A stretch of 24,000 nucleotides of DNA from Gemmatimonadaceae bacterium (GTDB lineage: Bacteria; Gemmatimonadota; Gemmatimonadetes; Gemmatimonadales; Gemmatimonadaceae): positions 19,325-43,324 of the forward strand of contig DATCGG010000530.1 in the NCBI GenBank assembly GCA_036509075.1, written 5' to 3'. The notes under the pieces are model-generated. The model saw only the letters and a program-made list of their open reading frames with translations. It did no database searches and had not been told where the DNA came from. The position numbers were made by a program, and so were the translations under genes. Every line of letters begins with the position of its first letter. Position 1 is the stretch's first letter. This document shows positions 7,453 to 15,399 of this stretch, piece after piece.

Positions 7453-10319
7453 AGCAGGCCGCCTGCCACCGCCAGTCCGAGCACGATTGCGATCCATAGC
7501 CATCGGTTTGCTGGCGCGGTCAGCGGAACAGTGACGAGCGGATCACCCACGACGGCGAACGCTGCCCAAGTGGCTGGTGGGCTTCCGCGGCGGATCGCGG
7601 CGAGCTTCGCGGTGCGGGCTGCGTCGGCGACTGCCTGCCCGGCCGCAAGCGCGCGATAGAAATCATCGATGAACTGAACGGCATCGGTGTCGCGGATTCG
7701 CCATTGCGTCGCCAGCACCGAACGCGCGCCCGCCGCCAGCAGCGGCGCCGTGAGTCCCTGCACGCCTTCCCCGCGCACCGCGACGCCTCGGGCTGTGCGA
7801 CACGCGGACAGCACCACGAGTCCCGCGTCGAGCCGAAGCGCCGAGAGCTCTCCGGGGCCGACGAAGCCGTCGTCGCCCTCGCCGGCCGCGACCGCGAGAG
7901 CCGTACGTGCCACCGAACGCTCGTCCACCAGCGCATGCGTCGCGAGATGGACGATCGCGAACGAATCGAGTGTGGCGTGCTTGAGATAGCTCTCGCTCGC
8001 TCGCTCTCGCAGACGCAGCTCCGACTGGTGGCCGAACCGGGCCACGAGTTTGGCTTCATCAGCCGATGCGCGAAGCCGTGGGAGCCCTCCGTTCATCGAG
8101 AATGCGTCGCGATAGACGTCGGCGGCGGAGCCGCCGTTAGGCGCGATCTCGTTCGCGAACCGCGGATCGCCGAATGCGAGAATCCGCGGCGCGCCACGAT
8201 CTCGACGCGGGCGGCCGTGGAGGTCGGCCACGACCGCCGCGGAGGGCGCCAGGCTCAGCGCGAATCGATCGATCAGGTATCGACCGTCGCGAATCCGAAC
8301 CGCGTCGAATGGCAGGTGCTGAAGCGGGCCGTCGCCGATGATCACCAGCCGAGAAACATCCGCAGGCAGACTCTCGAGCGCAGAGCCGAACACGGCGTCG
8401 CCCAGCCGACGGGCGAGTGTGTCTGCGCGCGCCCCCGCCTCTATCATCGCAGAGAAGGCCTGGATGTCGGCGGCGATCGAATCAGCGGGCGGTCGGCTCA
8501 GCGCGGACGTGCCTTTCGACGAGAGCACGAACAGCGTGGTGGGCTCGCCTCGCAAGCCAGTAACGAACTCGAGCACGGCCGTACGTTGGTCCGGCACCGT
8601 GGGCACGACGAACCCGGTGACCCGCTCGCGCGTTAGGCCGTTGCCACTGCGGGCGAGATGGTCCAGCAGTTCGCGGGCTCGGCGTCGCTCCACCAGCGCC
8701 AACGCGCCGTCGACGCGGCCACCGGCGACGAGCCCCGCGATGATCGACGCGAAGCCCACCTCGGTCTCGTCGTAGCCTTTGTGCGCCTGGAACGCGAGCA
8801 CCCTGAGCTCGCGATCGTTGAGCGCCGCGCGCAGGGAATCCATCGCGTTCGTGGCGTCGATCAGCTCACGCTCGGCACGCGCCACGTCGCCCTGGGCAAC
8901 GTGGATCTGCGCGATGCGCGAGCGCGCCGCATACCGATCGAGGTCGGTTACGCCGCTGGTCGAGGCGAGCATGGCTCGAAAGCGACGCTCCGCCTCGACG
9001 AGATTGCCCTCGTGGAGTGCGACGACGCCGTACTCGTACTCGAGTTGCGGAACGTACGCCATCAACCCATGGGCCCGCGCCACCGTCTCGGCCTCGCCGA
9101 AATGCGTGCGTGCAGCCGTCCAGTCGCCACGGCTCATGGCGACGCGTGCCAGCCCGAATGAGGCGGAGTGCTGCTCCAGCGGTAGCTGAAGGCGCTGAGC
9201 CCGCGCGAGGTCGTCGCGATACGCCGCTTCGGCCGCATCGACCTGGCCCGCATCGAGCGCGATCGCGCCGTCGACGTAGCGCACGTAGGCCAGCCCCCAC
9301 CCATCGCCTTGCCGCAGCATCATCGTGCGCCCGCGCTCGAGCTCTCGGCGAGCCGACAGCATATCACCGAAGTGCCAGCTCACCACGGCGAGGCGCAGCC
9401 ACGCCCATGCCGCGATGAACTCGTTGCCCGACGCTCCGGCCTCGACGAGCACCGCCGAGAGATCGCGTCGGGCTGCATCGTGGTCGTAGAGATCGAGCTC
9501 CGCGGTGCCGCGCCACCACAGTGCGAGCGCGACACCCCGTCGATCGTGCACGCGCTGGGCGGCGGCGACGGCGGTGTCGAGCAACGCAGCAGATCGCGCA
9601 TGATCGCCAGCCCCCATGTAGAACGCGCCCAGCATCGCGAGGCAGAACGATTCACGTCGTAGGTCGCCGGCCTGACGCGCCAACGCGAGCCCGCGAAGCG
9701 CTTCCTGGCCCGCCTGCATGTTCCCTTGAAGGGCCAGCACGGCGGCTCTCGAACACCTCCCCTGCGCCACGAGAGCGGGGTCGCGCCGCGGCGCGAGCCC
9801 GAGCCCACTGTCGACGATCGGCAGCGCGACCGCCGCCGACTCGCGCCGAAGCCGGGAGATCGTGAGCCCGAACAGCGCCTGGGCCACGGCCACCGAGTCG
9901 TTGGCCGAGCGAGCTGCTTTGGCAGCCGTCACGAACCAGGCGGACGCGGAATCGAGCGGCGCATGATAGAGTCGAGATTCCGCGCGGCCTAACGCGGCCC
10001 AGGCAGCGTACGACGACCCGGGAGCCGTTGCGGCCGCGACCCTCGCGTACAGTCGATCGGCGCTGGCATCCTCGTACGTCAGTCGCGTGATCGTCGCAAC
10101 CCCGAGCAAGGCGCCGAGATCCGACGAATCACGAGCGAGCGACGCGCGCCATCGCGCGAGGGCCGGGCCCGCGCTGTCGACTTCGACGGCGTGCGTCGCC
10201 TGTCGAACGACGTCGGCGGGACGGTCGGTCGCGACCACAGCCTGCAGGACCAGGACAGCGGGAAGCGCGAGGTGCACGCCGCCGAACTCCGGCAAGGAGA
10301 GAGCACAGTCGGCCGGCAT
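7374..10319 (-). CDS. TPR-repeat / CHAT-domain (caspase-like) protein with C-terminal membrane anchor
   Basis: 981 aa. The N-terminal ~600 aa are TPR-like A/L/R-rich repeats. The C-terminal CHAT signature has a His (HLATHALVD; His codon 7935-7937) and a Cys (VVLSACRTARG; Cys codon 7800-7802). An N-terminal hydrophobic stretch (VHLALPAVLVLQAVVA) may be a signal peptide. A C-terminal TM helix (WLWIAIVLGLAVAGGLLYGV) is followed by a basic tail. Confidence 0.85.
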   Translation of the reverse strand: MPADCALSLPEFGGVHLALPAVLVLQAVVATDRPADVVRQATHAVEVDSAGPALARWRASLARDSSDLGALLGVATITRLTYEDASADRLYARVAAATAPGSSYAAWAALGRAESRLYHAPLDSASAWFVTAAKAARSANDSVAVAQALFGLTISRLRRESAAVALPIVDSGLGLAPRRDPALVAQGRCSRAAVLALQGNMQAGQEALRGLALARQAGDLRRESFCLAMLGAFYMGAGDHARSAALLDTAVAAAQRVHDRRGVALALWWRGTAELDLYDHDAARRDLSAVLVEAGASGNEFIAAWAWLRLAVVSWHFGDMLSARRELERGRTMMLRQGDGWGLAYVRYVDGAIALDAGQVDAAEAAYRDDLARAQRLQLPLEQHSASFGLARVAMSRGDWTAARTHFGEAETVARAHGLMAYVPQLEYEYGVVALHEGNLVEAERRFRAMLASTSGVTDLDRYAARSRIAQIHVAQGDVARAERELIDATNAMDSLRAALNDRELRVLAFQAHKGYDETEVGFASIIAGLVAGGRVDGALALVERRRARELLDHLARSGNGLTRERVTGFVVPTVPDQRTAVLEFVTGLRGEPTTLFVLSSKGTSALSRPPADSIAADIQAFSAMIEAGARADTLARRLGDAVFGSALESLPADVSRLVIIGDGPLQHLPFDAVRIRDGRYLIDRFALSLAPSAAVVADLHGRPRRDRGAPRILAFGDPRFANEIAPNGGSAADVYRDAFSMNGGLPRLRASADEAKLVARFGHQSELRLRERASESYLKHATLDSFAIVHLATHALVDERSVARTALAVAAGEGDDGFVGPGELSALRLDAGLVVLSACRTARGVAVRGEGVQGLTAPLLAAGARSVLATQWRIRDTDAVQFIDDFYRALAAGQAVADAARTAKLAAIRRGSPPATWAAFAVVGDPLVTVPLTAPANRWLWIAIVLGLAVAGGLLYGVRRMRRAVDESEVPSESRAVTAQ
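7439..7446 (-). repeat. dispersed 8-mer CGTTAGGC (GCCTAACG on + strand)
   Basis: Exact match inside the anti-sigma/CHAT overlap. It is in frame in both genes (R-L-T and G-V-R). Confidence 0.9.
8135..8142 (+). repeat. dispersed 8-mer CGTTAGGC
   Basis: Exact match in the CHAT CDS. The sense strand reads CCT AAC (P-N). Confidence 0.9.
8631..8638 (+). repeat. dispersed 8-mer CGTTAGGC
   Basis: Exact match in the CHAT CDS. The sense strand reads CTA ACG (L-T). Confidence 0.9.
9987..9994 (-). repeat. dispersed 8-mer CGTTAGGC (GCCTAACG on + strand)
   Basis: Exact match in the CHAT CDS. The sense strand reads TTA GGC (L-G, with the rare TTA codon). Confidence 0.9.
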
Positions 10320-10458
10320 CGGCCGCAGGAGGGACGACGACCGCCTTTGGAGACAGCGTACTGAGCGTTACGGGACGCGTCAAGCAGATATCGCGAAACC
10401 CCACGAGAACAAAATCGAAATTGCGGCATCATCTGGATGACTGCGTCCGTGTCTTCCA

Positions 10459-11382
10459 ATGATGAGGGCCCCGCTCATGACCCGTTCGACACTCACTCGG
10501 TCGGTCGCGTGCGCCATCGCATGCGCCGGCCTGTCGATCTTTACCCGCGGCGCCGCCGCCCAGATCATGTCCGCACCCGCCACGCCTAACGCAACGTCCG
10601 GCACCGCGCTCACCGACTGGAACATCTCGTATCGCATGCTCGCCAACTGGCGTGTCGGCCAGACGATCGGCCGCCTCCAGATGATCGTGTCGAACACGGA
10701 CGCCGGCATGATCTTCCTCGCGCCCGGCATGTACGCGACGCCGCAGGACGCGATCGCCGACCTGAGCACGTTCTATCAGCAGATGCAGATGCAGGCGTAC
10801 CCCGTCGAGCAGCCGGCGATGGGAACGATTGCCGGATTGCGCTCGATCACCGCGATGTACGCGAGCGCCGATCTGATGGGACGCATGGTACAGGGCCGGT
10901 ACATTGCGCTCCTCACGGCGCACGGCACCGGTGTCAGCCTGCTCGCCATGACCACGCAGGACAAGATGGCCACGCTGCGCACGACCCTCGATCAGCTCGC
11001 GGCGAGCGTCAAGGCCGAGGCACCCTCCGTGAATCGTCAGGCGATGGCGGCACTCGCCGGCCAGTGGATCCTGTATGACGGCAAGGTCGACCCGGTGACG
11101 ACGAGCAGCGGCGGCGCCTCGCACAGCTACGAGGAGACCGTGGTGTTCGACGGACAGGGAAGCTACCGCTGGTCATCGGCTTCACAGGTGTCCGTGACGA
11201 CCCCCGGTATCTCGGCGGGCGCGGGTTCGGCGAACGGCTCCACGACCGACGGAGACCAGGGGTCGTACACGGTGATCGGTAATACGCTCGTGCTGAAAGG
11301 CACGAAGGGCCAGCTCGCAGTCGACTTCCAGCTTGGGAACGGCCAGCTCATCGCGGCCGGGAAGCGATACGTCCGCCAGTAA
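10459..11382 (+). CDS. secreted hypothetical protein
   Basis: 307 aa with signal peptide MMRAPLMTRSTLTRSVACAIACAGLSIFTRGAAAQ. GC3 is high. No family was recognised. Confidence 0.6.
   Translation: MMRAPLMTRSTLTRSVACAIACAGLSIFTRGAAAQIMSAPATPNATSGTALTDWNISYRMLANWRVGQTIGRLQMIVSNTDAGMIFLAPGMYATPQDAIADLSTFYQQMQMQAYPVEQPAMGTIAGLRSITAMYASADLMGRMVQGRYIALLTAHGTGVSLLAMTTQDKMATLRTTLDQLAASVKAEAPSVNRQAMAALAGQWILYDGKVDPVTTSSGGASHSYEETVVFDGQGSYRWSSASQVSVTTPGISAGAGSANGSTTDGDQGSYTVIGNTLVLKGTKGQLAVDFQLGNGQLIAAGKRYVRQ
10584..10591 (-). repeat. dispersed 8-mer CGTTAGGC (GCCTAACG on + strand)
   Basis: Exact match in the secreted hypothetical CDS. The sense strand reads CCT AAC (P-N). Confidence 0.9.
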
Positions 11383-11383
11383 A

Positions 11384-11608
11384 GCCGCACCGGCGGCGGC
11401 CCTGGTGGCACTTGCGTTAGGCGACACGGCGGCAGCGCTCTCGGCGCTCGAGCGGTCGCAGCGAACGAGCGGTCGAGTGTGGTCCGAATATCTGGGGATC
11501 TTCGATCGCGCGTACGATCCGGTGCGCCGGAGTCCAAGGTTCATCGCACTCGTGCAGCAGGCGAACCTGGACATGGGGCGATTCGATCAGATGCGTCGCG
11601 GGCGCTAG
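11384..11608 (+). pseudogene. remnant of the 3' end of a TPR-repeat gene
   Basis: The translation ...LALGDTAAALSALERS...WSEYLGIFDRAYDPVRRSPRFIALVQQANL resembles the usual C-terminal module of TPR proteins (...Y...DP.LR.DPRF.AL...L). No matching upstream body exists. The only in-frame ATG (11333) lies inside the preceding gene. Confidence 0.4.
11415..11422 (+). repeat. dispersed 8-mer CGTTAGGC
   Basis: Exact match in the TPR remnant frame, reading TTA GGC (L-G). Confidence 0.9.
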
Positions 11609-11632
11609 GGCCGTGCGCCGTGTGCTGCAGCC

Positions 11633-11800
11633 CTAGGCCTCCTGCCCCTCCGCCTTTCGTCGATCCATCTCCGCCTGGCCGCGGCGGATCGAGCACCAGT
11701 CCTTGTGTTCCGCCACCGGCATACCGCATTCGACGCAAATTCGCACGCGCGGGGTGGGCGCTGGGGTGTTCGACGAGAAGAGCCGCTTGAGAAACGACAT
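11633..11800 (-). CDS. small CCHC (C-x2-C-x6-H-x3-C) protein, 55 aa, paralog 1
   Basis: MSFLKRLFSSNTPAPTPRVRICVECGMPVAEHKDWCSIRRGQAEMDRRKAEGQEA, with GGAGAT 6-7 nt upstream of the ATG at 11800. Compared with paralog 2, most differences are synonymous third-position changes. The ORF-track entry (to 11992) over-extends the N-terminus. Confidence 0.7.
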   Translation of the reverse strand: MSFLKRLFSSNTPAPTPRVRICVECGMPVAEHKDWCSIRRGQAEMDRRKAEGQEA

Positions 11801-11935
11801 TCCGGATCTCCGCGATACGTTGAAAGACGTGGTCCGTACGAAGGGAGGGGCGACTCGGTTACACCGTCCCCACGCGGGCGAGTCGATTGGCGGCAGACGC
11901 TTCGTTAGATCACCGTATCCCGCAAAGGGTTGGTA
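11633..11935 (-). repeat. tandem segmental duplication, copy 1 (small ORF + ~135 bp leader/upstream)
   Basis: It aligns by eye to 12106-12400. Identity is about 80 percent over the ORF and the 70-nt leader and about 65 percent further upstream, up to the shared ACCAACC block. Confidence 0.7.
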
Positions 11936-12044
11936 AAGCCCGCCAACGTTCAGTCGAAGCTGGAGCTGAGAGCCGACAAGTCCTTTAGGCAAGCACCGTT
12001 GGCCCCGGTCACTTCACGTGGTTCTTCCAGCCGTAAACTGAAGC

Positions 12045-12067
12045 GGGGAGCTCGGTGAAGGCTCCCC
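12045..12067 (-). terminator. stem-loop downstream of small ORF paralog 2 (possible intrinsic terminator)
   Basis: GGGGAGC (12045-12051) and GCTCCCC (12061-12067) form a perfect 7-bp GC-rich stem with a 9-nt loop, about 40 nt after the stop at 12106. Only a weak U-tract follows in the minus sense (GCUUCAGUUUA). Confidence 0.35.
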
Positions 12068-12105
12068 ACTCTTCTTGCTACGATCGTCGGCGCAGACACC
12101 TCTCG

Positions 12106-12264
12106 CTATCCTGCGGCCTTCCGTCGCTCCATCTCCGCCTGTCCGCGAAGGATCGAGCACCACTCCTTGTGATCGGCCACGGGCATGCCGCATTCGACGC
12201 AGACACGGACGCGCTGCGTAGGCGCTGGCGCGTTGGACGAGAACAGCCGCTTGAGGAACGACAT
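12106..12264 (-). CDS. small CCHC protein, 52 aa, paralog 2 (below the ORF-track length cut-off)
   Basis: Hand translation gives MSFLKRLFSSNAPAPTQRVRVCVECGMPVADHKEWCSILRGQAEMERRKAAG*. GGAGAT lies upstream of the ATG at 12264. The same Cys/His spacing as paralog 1 is kept. Confidence 0.7.
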   Translation of the reverse strand: MSFLKRLFSSNAPAPTQRVRVCVECGMPVADHKEWCSILRGQAEMERRKAAG

Positions 12265-12400
12265 TCTGAATCTCCGGGGGACGTTGAAAGACGCGGTCCG
12301 TACGCAAAGAGGGGTGGCTGGGTTACAACCCGTTACGCAAGGCCGATCCGGCCGCGGGCGGGTTGCTCATTAGATGCGCGGATCCCGCAGATGGTTGGTA
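12106..12400 (-). repeat. tandem segmental duplication, copy 2
   Basis: See copy 1. In this copy the upstream part is also the 3' end of the DUF418 gene. Confidence 0.7.
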
Positions 12401-13506
12401 GCTCCATCGCAGCGGCTCCAATCTCGCATACGTCGCCATGCGCCAGAGCCACTCGAGCGGTCCATAGCGGAACCGAGCGAGCCAAAGGTTGCTGAACAGC
12501 ACAATCACGGTGGCGAACACGAGCCAGGCGCCGACATACGTGGCCTCGTGCAGCTTGATGCCGAGCGGCTTCGCGAGATACCAGATGGTCACGGCCTGCA
12601 GGACGTAGTTCGTGAACGCCATGCGGCCGGCCGCACCGATGGGGCGCATTCGCTCCAGGAGCGCGGGGCGCTTCGCGAGAAGCAACAGTGCCCCGCCGGC
12701 GTACGTGAAGCAGAGCCACTGATCCTTCACGAGACCAGCGAGCGTCCGTTCTGCCCAGAAGGCGCCCATGAGGTATTGGGGCGGGCGAGGAACATGGTAG
12801 AGCACGAGCCACGACACCGCCCAGGCCGCGAGTCCGAAGAGCATCCAGCGACGTATGAGCCGCTCGTGTCGCAGCGGCTCATCGACCACGCCGACGCGAA
12901 CGGCGAGGAAACCCAGGAGGAGAAGTGGAAGGCTCTCGTCCGGGACGAGCCACCACCACGCCTTGAGCAGCGGAAACGTCCTGTGTGTGAAGTGGGTGAG
13001 AAGGCCCATCACGGCGTTCAAGACGGGCGGGAACATGGCGCTGACTACCACCGTCCATTGAAGTGTGCGTGTCGACCACCGACGCATGGCGAGGAGGACC
13101 ACGCCGCATACCGCATACATCGTGAGGATATGGAAGCCGATGAGGCGCTCGACGACCCAGCCGATCACGAACAGCGTCGTCAGGCGGCGCAGGAGGATCG
13201 GCACGACGGGCGCGCTGCGCGCCTCGAGCCGACGAAGCAGTAGCGCGACTCCGGCGCCGAACAGCAGCGCAAACGTCCCCCATGCCTTCTCCTCGACACC
13301 GACCCACACGGCCCACCCGATCAGACCCTGCCAGCCCGTGCTCTCCAATCGCATGAGCTGGTGAAAGTGAACGAGGACCATGAAGACGAGCGCGAGACCG
13401 CGGATCACGTCCAGCGAGTGCAGACGCTCCTCCGTCTCAACCGGCGCCGCGCGGGGTGACGGGCGGTGGGACGCGATCGGCGACGAAACGCGTGCAGTGG
13501 CGAGCA
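12323..13506 (-). CDS. DUF418/YeiB-like polytopic membrane protein
   Basis: From the ATG at 13506: ...ERLHSLDVIRGLALVFMVLVHF..., many TM helices, and the C-terminal hallmark GPLEWLWR. A ~25-aa tail follows the usual family end. The ORF-track start at 13915 overlaps the kinase gene and was rejected. Confidence 0.75.
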
Positions 13507-13507
13507 T

Positions 13508-13514
13508 GGTTAGG
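13508..13514 (+). repeat. dispersed motif, 7-mer core GTTAGGC (5' flank G)
   Basis: Core match abutting the proposed DUF418 start codon (sense GCCTAACC ATG). Confidence 0.8.
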
Positions 13515-13677
13515 CGGGCGAGGTGTGGAAGTCCATCCTGATCGCCCATCCCATTAGCAACCGCGACGCCGTCTTGCGCAGTGAGCACATCTCGCTGACC
13601 CGCATGCACTTGGCGCTGACGCTGAGCGCCGCGGGCGCAGGCGACGCGTAACGAGTCGATACGGCGCGGGCTCCGTT

Positions 13678-15399
13678 TCAGGTCGCACGCGGTATGGTGA
13701 CGGTCGCCGTCGTGCCGGTTCCGAGCGCGCTTTCGAGTGAGAGCTCGCCGCCGTGCCCGGCCGCAATGCGGCGCGCGATCGCGAGGCCGAGGCCCGTGCC
13801 TTCCGCGCGTGTGGTGACGAACGGCTCGAAGGCGGCGGCGAGCGTCTCCGGTGACATGCCGCGTCCAGTGTCCCGCACCTCGATGCGCGCGTGGTTCGTG
13901 TCCGCCCGGGCGCACACGCGAACCACTCCGCCCGGCACATCGAAGGCCTGCGCCGCGTTGAGCAGCAGGTTGAGGAAGAGCTGCTCGAGCGCCGCCGCGT
14001 CGCCTAACACGACGAGCGGCACATCGCCCGTGTCGACTTCCACGCGCGCGCCAGCAGACTGCAGCTCCGGTTCGCTCGCGTGGAGGGCCGCGTCGAGCGG
14101 GACGAGCAGGTCCACTGGGGTGCGCGCGACGCGCCCGCTGCGAGCGACGCGGAGCGCGCCGCTCACGGTGTGCTGTATCCGGTCGACGGCGCGCAGGGCG
14201 CGCCGAAGCGGCGCGCGGAGCGGTGACTCGACTTCGAGCTTCTCCTCCACGCGCTGAAGGTCGATGCGCATCGCCGTGAGCGGATTGCGCACCTCGTGCG
14301 AGAGTGACGCCGCGAACTCGCCAACCGCTGCCAACGACTCGCGCCGCGCGAGCGAGTCGAGCGTGCGACGGAGACTTTCCGACATGGTGTTGAACGCCTC
14401 GGCGAGTCGTCCGAGCTCCTCACTCTCCTGCACCGGGACCGTCCGGCCCATCTCGCCGCGCGCCACGCCATCGGCCGCGAGCGCGAGGTCGCCCAGGGCG
14501 CGCGTTAGGCGCCGAGTGAGCACGATGGCAGCGAGCGTGCTGAGCGCCGCCACGACGAGCAACGCTACCAGCCCGCGCCGCGCCGCGTCGGCAAAGGGCG
14601 CCTCGTAGTCCGCCACGGGCGCCGCGGCGACGATCTCGATCGCGGGGTCGTTCAACGTGCGCCGCGCAACCAACCAGCGCTCGCCGTTCCAGTTGAAGGT
14701 CGGCTTGCTTGCGAGATCCGGGTCGAACGGCGTGGCGAGCAGAGGCAGGCCGGTGCGGCGATCGAAGGCGGCCAGCGTGGTGCCGCCGGTCGCTCCCGTG
14801 GCTCGGACGATCGCCGATCCCGGGACTGCAGCCTCGAGACTGCCGATCGCACGCTCGGCATGCTGCGACCACAGGGTGAGGACCGGACGGAAGACTCCCC
14901 CGCTCGTAGCCGTATCGCCAGCGTGGGTCCAGCGGACCGCACCGGCGGCATCACGAACAACGGCAAAGCGCACCGCCGTCGGGAGGATCGCCGGTGCGGA
15001 CACCGCACCCACAGTGTCTCCGATCGCGCGACGCACCTCGATCGTTTCCGCGAGGTCGAGCAATGCCGAGCGTTGCTCCACCCATCGGAGTCCGGCCTCG
15101 TTGGCCGCCGACAACACCGCGGCATCGAGCCGCGCCGTAAGCAGTGCTTCGCCCGCGCGTCCGCTCGCACGCGCGAGCCAGAGCGCGAGCAACGCCAGCG
15201 GCACGATCGCAGCCGCGAGCACGACGAGAATGAGCTGCGTGCGCAGCGAGGGGCGAGGCGACCGGGCTGCGCTCGACGACGAGCCGGGCTGCGCCCCGGA
15301 GACTCTCGCGAGCGACGCCGCCGGCACGTCCGGCACGGCTTGCGGTGACAGCTGCGACGACGTCTCGCGCGCCGGTCGAGCCACGGTCGTGTCAGCCAT
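13678..15399 (-). CDS. sensor histidine kinase (periplasmic sensor, HAMP, HisKA, HATPase_c)
   Basis: Two TM segments flank a ~260-aa periplasmic domain, followed by a HAMP region. Motifs: H-box SLSHEVRNPLTAM, N-box LFLNLLLNAAQA, G1 DTGRGM, G2 GTGLGLAIARRI. The ATG at 15399 overlaps the activator gene stop (ATGGCTGA). Confidence 0.85.
   Translation of the reverse strand: MADTTVARPARETSSQLSPQAVPDVPAASLARVSGAQPGSSSSAARSPRPSLRTQLILVVLAAAIVPLALLALWLARASGRAGEALLTARLDAAVLSAANEAGLRWVEQRSALLDLAETIEVRRAIGDTVGAVSAPAILPTAVRFAVVRDAAGAVRWTHAGDTATSGGVFRPVLTLWSQHAERAIGSLEAAVPGSAIVRATGATGGTTLAAFDRRTGLPLLATPFDPDLASKPTFNWNGERWLVARRTLNDPAIEIVAAAPVADYEAPFADAARRGLVALLVVAALSTLAAIVLTRRLTRALGDLALAADGVARGEMGRTVPVQESEELGRLAEAFNTMSESLRRTLDSLARRESLAAVGEFAASLSHEVRNPLTAMRIDLQRVEEKLEVESPLRAPLRRALRAVDRIQHTVSGALRVARSGRVARTPVDLLVPLDAALHASEPELQSAGARVEVDTGDVPLVVLGDAAALEQLFLNLLLNAAQAFDVPGGVVRVCARADTNHARIEVRDTGRGMSPETLAAAFEPFVTTRAEGTGLGLAIARRIAAGHGGELSLESALGTGTTATVTIPRAT
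14002..14008 (-). repeat. dispersed motif, 7-mer core (GCCTAAC on + strand, 3' flank A)
   Basis: Core match in the kinase CDS. The sense strand reads GTG TTA GGC GAC (V-L-G-D). Confidence 0.8.
14503..14510 (+). repeat. dispersed 8-mer CGTTAGGC
   Basis: Exact match in the kinase HAMP region. The sense strand reads CTA ACG (L-T). Confidence 0.9.

Noticed and set aside
10352-10378. A lone GCGTTACGGG site (with an imperfect GTACTG-ag-CGTTAC) in the CHAT / secreted-protein divergent region, considered as a third enhancer array.
   Set aside because: The spacer is 2 nt instead of 3, the left arm has mismatches, and there is no second phased CGTTAC. I could find no GG-N10-GC promoter-like element between it and either flanking start codon.
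11405-11422. TGGCACttgcgTTAGG, which looks superficially like a sigma-54 -24/-12 element on the + strand.
   Set aside because: The -12 position reads TTAG, not TTGC, so the invariant GC is missing. The site lies inside the TPR remnant with no downstream + strand gene. The resemblance is produced by a dispersed CGTTAGGC copy.
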